From: Chloroflexota bacterium
GTDB lineage: Bacteria > Chloroflexota > Dehalococcoidia > Lucifugimonadales > UBA3495
Direction: 5' to 3'
NCBI GenBank assembly: GCA_027623675.1
Contig: JAQBVF010000007.1
Location: 1 to 64,000 of the forward strand
Length of the DNA: 64,000 nucleotides
Shown one piece after another: positions 58,912 to 64,000 of this stretch. Both the position numbers and the translations under genes were made by a program. Under the pieces are notes generated by a model. The model was not told the origin of the DNA and ran no database searches. It was given only the letters and a program-made list of their open reading frames with translations. The stretch's first letter is position 1, and each line of letters opens with the position of its first letter.

Positions 58912-59118
58912 CTACACTGTCACGCGTTGAGTGCCGACAAATTCTCCTTCCAGCTCAGGGTCCCCGTCCTCAAGCAGCATCGCGATGACCTCTTTCAAGT
59001 TTTCGTTTAATTCATCAAGGCTTGCCGCTTGGGAGTGGGCTCCTGGAAAACCAGGCACGTAACCGACATACAATCCGGTCGCCGGATCCTTTTCGATAAC
59101 CGCTGTGTATTCTTTCAT
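58912..59118 (-). CDS. hicB: HicB-family antitoxin (short form)
   Basis: YTAVIEKD..TGLYVGYVPGFPGAHSQAASLDELNENLKEVI; GAGGA RBS. Confidence 0.85.
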   Translation of the reverse strand: MKEYTAVIEKDPATGLYVGYVPGFPGAHSQAASLDELNENLKEVIAMLLEDGDPELEGEFVGTQRVTV

Positions 59119-59165
59119 GGTTGGTCCTCGGGCTAATGGAATCCACGGAACACAGGTGCCCACGA

Positions 59166-59195
59166 TACCGTTCTAACGGGCCCGTTAGAACGGTA
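59166..59195. repeat. Perfect 30-bp palindrome
   Basis: TACCGTTCTAACGGG|CCCGTTAGAACGGTA. Confidence 0.9.
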
Positions 59196-59215
59196 GTACC
59201 TTGGCTTTCTTGGGG

Positions 59216-59755
59216 CTATTCCGGCTCGCGTAGCTGGGCGATTATCAGTTCTACGGCCTCTTTGGCCACGGAGCGCACCACGTCGGGCTCGACGTACTCG
59301 GTGAGTTCGGTCTTGGGCAGGACGACCATGGGCGCGTCGGGCATGCCGTTGCCCCGCATGGAAGCCTTGGCCAGGGTGGTGAACCGCTCGGTTACCAAGA
59401 CCACCGAGGGCATGCCGCTCTTGATCAGTTTAACGCTGTCGTGGACACTCCACGCGGTGCAGGAACCTCAATTTGCCAGGCCGACTATGGCCAGTTGGGC
59501 GCGCGCCTCCACCTCGTCGAAGGTCGCTTGGGGAGCCGCCGAGGCCAGGGGGATCAACCTCTCAAAGACTTCGGTCACACCGTACTGTTCCTTGAGGATG
59601 ATGCCGATCTGCTCGGAGATGATGTTCATGCTGGTCCAGCGGTTGTTCAGTATGGCGACCGTGGCGCCTTGCAGATCGTTTATGTGGGGGATGTGGCCGT
59701 CCATGGGACGCCACGCCTCCGCCGCCGGGCTGAGGATCGACATCTTGTTGACCAT
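59216..59755 (-). CDS. UGSC-family selenoprotein (Sec at TGA 59468-59470)
   Basis: ORFs 59468-59779 and 59216-59413 are in one frame, joined by AAT TGA GGT TCC TGC ACC = N-U-G-S-C-T. A hairpin follows the TGA. AAGGAG RBS before ATG 59755. Confidence 0.85.
59440..59454 (-). promoter_or_regulatory. Putative bacterial SECIS element (UGSC gene)
   Basis: CGUGGA-GUG-UCCACG hairpin starting 13 nt after the UGA. Confidence 0.6.
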
Positions 59756-59793
59756 GGCCATGCTCCTTCGCCTCTCCAAAGGTGAATCCGGAC

Positions 59794-60420
59794 CTAGCGG
59801 TTGGCGGCCGCGCTCTTTGCCGGGTCATACACCGGGCGGACCATCTCGTAACGGTCGCTGGTGCGGCAGTACATGTTGCCCGCCATGCGGCCGGTGGCCA
59901 TGAGCTTCTCCTGGTCGATGCGGTGCCCGTTGATAATGTCGTCACGGACGTGCATCAAGACGATGGTGCCGATAACCAGTCCATGCTCGTGGTCACCGGA
60001 GCCGATCTGCACCACCTGGTCCAGCTTACATTCGATGTTCACCGGAGATTCAAGCACCCTGGGGGCTTTGACGATATCCGAGGGTGCATGGGTCAGCCCG
60101 GCAATCTCGAACTCATCCACGCCCTCGGGGAATTCGGCCGCGGTGGCATTCATCGCCTCAGCAATGGGATCTACCACGATGTTCACCACGAACTCGCCGG
60201 TCTCTTCGATGTTCCGCAGGGTGTCCTTGCTCTTGTTACCAACGTGCCGGGAAGACGAGAAAACGACGGTGGTGTAGGACACGGCATTGAAGAATGAGTA
60301 AGGCGCCAGGTTGACCACGCCGTCGGGGGACACGGAAGATACGAACGCGATGGGCCTGGGAACGATCACTCCGGTGAGGACGCGGTTGAAACCTTCAAAT
60401 GTATTTGGGTCGATCTTCAA
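59794..60420 (-). CDS. Flavin reductase family protein (DIM6/NTAB-like)
   Basis: VPRPIAFVSS, NLAPYSFF, KDTLRNIEETGEFVVN and GRMAGNMY motifs; TTG start. Confidence 0.9.
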   Translation of the reverse strand: MKIDPNTFEGFNRVLTGVIVPRPIAFVSSVSPDGVVNLAPYSFFNAVSYTTVVFSSSRHVGNKSKDTLRNIEETGEFVVNIVVDPIAEAMNATAAEFPEGVDEFEIAGLTHAPSDIVKAPRVLESPVNIECKLDQVVQIGSGDHEHGLVIGTIVLMHVRDDIINGHRIDQEKLMATGRMAGNMYCRTSDRYEMVRPVYDPAKSAAANR

Positions 60421-60528
60421 GTAATTACCTCTACCGGGGGAGTCCCGGCTGCCTTATGATTTTATGTGGGTTGTTTCTGGGGGCTATCTCGTGGGAATTA
60501 TATAGACCGCCAGGGGAGACGCCAAGTT

Positions 60529-60557
60529 TTGACAATCGAAAGTGCCACTGTTATGTT
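60529..60557 (+). promoter_or_regulatory. Putative sigma70 promoter for the comDE-like pair
   Basis: TTGACA, 17 nt, TATGTT. Confidence 0.5.
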
Positions 60558-60638
60558 GGTAGCCGCTCACGCCTGGGGCCTCTCACGTGCTTTTCGGCCG
60601 GTCACCAGGGAGCTACTAGGGCCATTGGAGACAGATAC

Positions 60639-61145
60639 ATGAACTGGGCGGAAATGATAGTCAAAGCGCTCAAGGACTGGGATACGTCCTTGATTGCCTA
60701 TGTGCCGGACATATCCATCCATCGGGTGACCAGCCTGATCGAGGCCGACCCCTACTTCAGATTGGTCGCGGCCACCAGAGAGGAGGAGGCCATCGGCATC
60801 GCGGTCGGGTCTTACGCGGCGGGCCGCAACGCAGCCGTATTCATGCAATCCAGCGGGTTCGGCAATAGCGTAAACGCCCTGGCCAGCCTGTGCATCCCAT
60901 CCAGAACGCCCATCCCCATGTTCGTCAATCTGCGGGGCGGGCCCGGCGAGTTCAACATCGCCCAGGTGGCCATGGGACAAGCCGTCCGGCCTATCATGGA
61001 CCAGTTGGGGCTGGTTCACTTCACACTGGACGACGACCGGAACATGGAAAAGTTGCTCGACGGCGCCATGAAGCTTTGCCACGCCAACCGGCAGCCCTTG
61101 GCGGTGTGCATGACCCAATTGCTGCACGGAGGCAAACTTGCGTAG
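60639..61145 (+). CDS. Sulfopyruvate/phosphonopyruvate decarboxylase alpha-subunit-like (ComD-like)
   Basis: TREEEAIGIAVG, MQSSGFGNSVNAL and RGGPGEFNIAQV motifs. Confidence 0.82.
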   Translation: MNWAEMIVKALKDWDTSLIAYVPDISIHRVTSLIEADPYFRLVAATREEEAIGIAVGSYAAGRNAAVFMQSSGFGNSVNALASLCIPSRTPIPMFVNLRGGPGEFNIAQVAMGQAVRPIMDQLGLVHFTLDDDRNMEKLLDGAMKLCHANRQPLAVCMTQLLHGGKLA

Positions 61146-61710
61146 ATTCGAAGGCACACAAATGATTTTGCGTTTGGCGGGCGATGCGCCCATCGTCAGC
61201 AACCTTGGTCCCGGGTCTGACGACCTTTGGCACGCCGGACACCGCGACCGCAATTTCTACACCTACGGCAACATGGGGCTTTGCTCGTCCCTGGCGCTGG
61301 GCATGGCCATGGCCACCGACGAACAGGTCATTTCCCTGGACGGCGACGGTTCGCTCCTGATGAACCTGGGAACGATCGCATCCATCGGGCGGGAGCAGCC
61401 CAAGAACCTGACGGTGGTGGTATGGGACAACGAAAAGTGGGGCCAGACCGGCGGGCAGACCAGCCACACCGGCATGGGGACCGACCTGGAGCAGGTAGCC
61501 CGAAGCTGCGGGATCGCCCGCACGAAGACCGTGTCGGACCTGGAAGACTTGGAAGCCGCAGTGTCCGAGGCGCTGGCGACTGACGGCCCCAATTTCATAG
61601 TAGCCAAGATCGATGAGGGCGAATATCTGCCGGTGGCCCCGGTGGAGCCCGAGTTCACCCTATACCGTTTCCGGAACACCTTCGTGGAACAGCGACAGCC
61701 CGGCCACTAG
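61138..61710 (+). CDS. TPP-binding decarboxylase beta-subunit-like (ComE-like)
   Basis: NFYTYGNMG, the TPP motif DGDGSLLMNLG...WDN, and TGGQ. Overlaps the upstream stop. Confidence 0.82.
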   Translation: MRRFEGTQMILRLAGDAPIVSNLGPGSDDLWHAGHRDRNFYTYGNMGLCSSLALGMAMATDEQVISLDGDGSLLMNLGTIASIGREQPKNLTVVVWDNEKWGQTGGQTSHTGMGTDLEQVARSCGIARTKTVSDLEDLEAAVSEALATDGPNFIVAKIDEGEYLPVAPVEPEFTLYRFRNTFVEQRQPGH

Positions 61711-61732
61711 CCCCCGATACCGTGGCGCAATC

Positions 61733-61772
61733 ACAAAAGGCCCGTTCATCAACCGACGAACGGGCCTTTTGT
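61733..61772. terminator. Bidirectional terminator between comE-like and deiodinase-like genes
   Basis: ACAAAAGGCCCGTTC/GAACGGGCCTTTTGT. Confidence 0.8.
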
Positions 61773-61795
61773 TGTCGTTGGCCGCTGAGAGACTT

Positions 61796-62536
61796 CTAAC
61801 TGACTTTGGCCCCGGCCTGCATCTTTTGGATCGCGCCGTCCAGTTCTTCTAGGTCGAACAGGTGGGGGCCGGCGCCGCCGTGGTAAACGACTTTGCCGTC
61901 CTTGCCGATCAGGTACAGGCGCTCCGGGGCAGCCCCGTAAGCCTCGTCGATGGCGTTGTCCATCTCTTCAACCAAGGTTGGAAGTGAGATGTGCAGCCCG
62001 ATGGTGCAGGACTGGGCGGCCTCTTCCCGTTCCTCGTAGCTTTGGTGTTGGCGCAGCAGGACACCTTCCTCGACATTGGAATCGGTCTGCCAGCCGTCGG
62101 TGGGGTGGGCCTCTTGAACGTAAACCACGAAGAACTCGATGTGGTCCTGGTACTGGCTGTAGAGTTGCTCCATGCGCTCAACCTGAGCGCGGAAGGGCGG
62201 TCAAGTGTAGCTGCCAAAGATCAGGGCCACGGGCCGTTTATCTTTGAAGCTGGACAGCCGGACCCGCTCCTCCGAGCCCGCCCGCTTTAGTTCGAAATCG
62301 GGGGGCACATCGCCAACGTGAGGGCCCATCTCGTCCCGGGCCACCACTGCTTCCATGGCCTCGCGCAGGATGGGGGTCAGGTTTCCGCCGATCGCCTCTA
62401 GCATCTCGCGGGCCGGCATCTGACCGACGGTCGTCCCCTCGCGTTTTGCCCGGTAGTCGTCCATGAACCGCCGGAACAGTTTCCGGTCATCGCCCTGAAG
62501 GTTCCCCAGTATCTGGTCTCGGTCTGCTTTCAGCAT
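61796..62536 (-). CDS. Iodothyronine deiodinase-like selenoprotein (Sec at TGA 62201-62203)
   Basis: ORFs 62201-62608 and 61796-62173 are in frame: FGSYT-U-PPFRAQVERM. Downstream deiodinase motifs are YVQEAHPTDGW, AYGAAPERLY and GGAGP. Confidence 0.9.
62174..62190 (-). promoter_or_regulatory. Putative bacterial SECIS element (deiodinase-like gene)
   Basis: GCGCUCA-GGU-UGAGCGC perfect 7-bp hairpin starting 10 nt after the UGA, extendable by UUCC/GGAG. Confidence 0.7.
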
Positions 62537-62678
62537 ATCGGCCTTCCCCTTGAGCGCGGGCGCAGATTGATTCGGGGCTATTGTATTCGCCGTGCCTGGC
62601 GATAACAACCCGTCGGACCAGACCCCACCGCCAGTGGGGACGACCAGGACGGACCTCTCGTGTCACCCGGAGTAGAAA

Positions 62679-62710
62679 GACCCGGAGGACGCGGCTGCGT
62701 CCTCCGGGTC
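62679..62710 (-). terminator. Terminator after the dienelactone hydrolase gene
   Basis: GACCCGGAGGACGC/GCGTCCTCCGGGTC stem with TTTCT on the minus strand. Confidence 0.7.
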
Positions 62711-62748
62711 AATCATGTTCAAGCTAGGCCTGGACTGGGAACGTTGGG

Positions 62749-63516
62749 TTATTTGACGTATTTGTCGAACCAGCCTAGGGTGCGGGAGAAGGCGTCCTTG
62801 GCGGCCGCCTCGTTGTAGCTGCCCCGGTCGTCACAGTTGAAGCCGTGACCGGCGCCGGGGTAGGACTTGAAGTCGTAGGTCACGCCTGCTCCCTTAACTG
62901 TGGCCTCAATGGTTGCCACGTCGGCGGGTGACGGGTTCTCGTCCAACTCGCCGAAGTTGCCCATCACGGGAATCTTGATTTTGTTGGTGAGAACGATGGG
63001 AGCGGGACCGTCGCCGAACGGCACCAGGATGCGCCCGCCGTAGTAGACCGATGCGGCGCTCAGGCCCGGGCAGCTGGCGGCGGCCAGGTAGGCGATCCGT
63101 CCGCCCACGCAGTACCCGACGATACCGATCTTGTTGCCGGCGGTCCGTTGGTTCCGGTGTTGCAGATAATCAATGGCAACGTTGATGTCTTCAACGATCT
63201 CGTCGTCGCGCAACGCTCCCATGTATTGCTGCACCGCGGGCATCTCGTCGTATCCCAGTTTGGGATTGGGATGCTGGCGGTGGTATAGGGCAGGGGCAAT
63301 GGCTACGTAGCCATTGGCGGCGTACTGGTCGCAAACCTTTTCGATATGGCCGGTGACCCCAAAAGCCTCCATGATAACGATAACAGCCGGGAAACTGTTT
63401 CCCTTGGAAGGTGAGGGACTGCTGACATAGGTCACCATGTCCTGCCCCTGCGCGCCGTGCAAGTCGTCCATTTCCCGCTCGCCGGGAAATCTTAGATTCT
63501 CCCAAAACGATGGCAT
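62749..63516 (-). CDS. Dienelactone hydrolase family protein
   Basis: EAFG, nucleophile GYCVGG, GELD and YPGAGHGF motifs. Confidence 0.92.
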   Translation of the reverse strand: MPSFWENLRFPGEREMDDLHGAQGQDMVTYVSSPSPSKGNSFPAVIVIMEAFGVTGHIEKVCDQYAANGYVAIAPALYHRQHPNPKLGYDEMPAVQQYMGALRDDEIVEDINVAIDYLQHRNQRTAGNKIGIVGYCVGGRIAYLAAASCPGLSAASVYYGGRILVPFGDGPAPIVLTNKIKIPVMGNFGELDENPSPADVATIEATVKGAGVTYDFKSYPGAGHGFNCDDRGSYNEAAAKDAFSRTLGWFDKYVK

Positions 63517-63867
63517 ATAGATACCTCCTTAACCGTACCGATGTCACCCGCTATAATCCGTCTGCGTCCCGAACTGCCGTCTGATTTGCCTGCAGCTCGT
63601 GAATCGCCCAAATTCTCAGACCAGCGAGGTTCGTGAAGATTCTAGCAGAGGGCATAGTCGCGCACAAGCGCGGATTTTCCGTGACTGTATCGGGCATGTC
63701 TTGACCTCCAGCGGTCCGCCGGTGCTATATTGCAGAGTCCCGTCCACGAGATAACCCGCACCGGTTTCAGGATAAACCGGCCCTGGGAGCATGCTTTGGA
63801 CCGGCCGCGGCGCATCGATGCGATTCGCAACGGTGTTTGGAAGCGGTCAAATCTTGAGGAGAGAGTA

Positions 63868-64000
63868 GTGCGAAAAACCAATATCAGAGTCTTGGCTGAG
63901 ATGAAGGCCCGCGGCGAAAAGATCCCAATGATCACGGCATATGATTATACCTCGGCCCAATTGGCCAGCTTGGCCGGCATACCCCTGTTGTTGGTGGGGG
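63868..64000 (+). CDS. panB: 3-methyl-2-oxobutanoate hydroxymethyltransferase, 5' part (runs off the window)
   Basis: GTG start after GAGGAG; translates as [44 protein letters not shown]. Confidence 0.85.
   Translation, partial: MRKTNIRVLAEMKARGEKIPMITAYDYTSAQLASLAGIPLLLVG

Noticed and set aside
59216..59779. Two separate small ORFs (65 aa and 103 aa) from the ORF track
   Set aside because: They are in frame and joined by a TGA within a UGSC motif, so they were treated as one selenoprotein.
61796..62608. Two separate ORFs (125 aa and 135 aa), or a nonsense pseudogene
   Set aside because: The TGA falls exactly at the deiodinase catalytic Sec position and is followed by a SECIS-like hairpin.

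Overview
This is a GC-rich bacterial chromosomal window. Its gene content (six luciferase-like/F420-type LLM oxidoreductases, a Baeyer-Villiger monooxygenase, a GMC oxidoreductase, a CoA-transferase, several amidohydrolases) is most consistent with SAR202-type Dehalococcoidia (Chloroflexota); that assignment is an inference. Housekeeping genes include uvrA, serC, glcB-like malate synthase G, coaX, coaBC, a partial panB, pepC, tRNA-Gln(CTG) and tRNA-Pro(GGG). The main hidden signal is at 57-63 kb, where two genes that the ORF track splits at an in-frame TGA are probably single selenoprotein genes. One is a UGSC-motif protein (59216-59755, ...LAN-U-GSC...) and the other is an iodothyronine-deiodinase-like protein (61796-62536, FGSYT-U-PPF). 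Each TGA is followed by a SECIS-like hairpin. They lie with a flavin reductase, the usual large UGSC partner gene, a ComDE-like TPP decarboxylase pair and a dienelactone hydrolase. Other oddities: a B12/radical-SAM-family protein with no CxxxCxxC motif; three decayed toxin-antitoxin modules, one sitting inside the UGSC operon; a large 7-repeat beta-propeller protein whose 5' end is broken by two micro-duplications; a small low-GC secreted-protein cassette; REP-like repeats; and many short tandem duplications.
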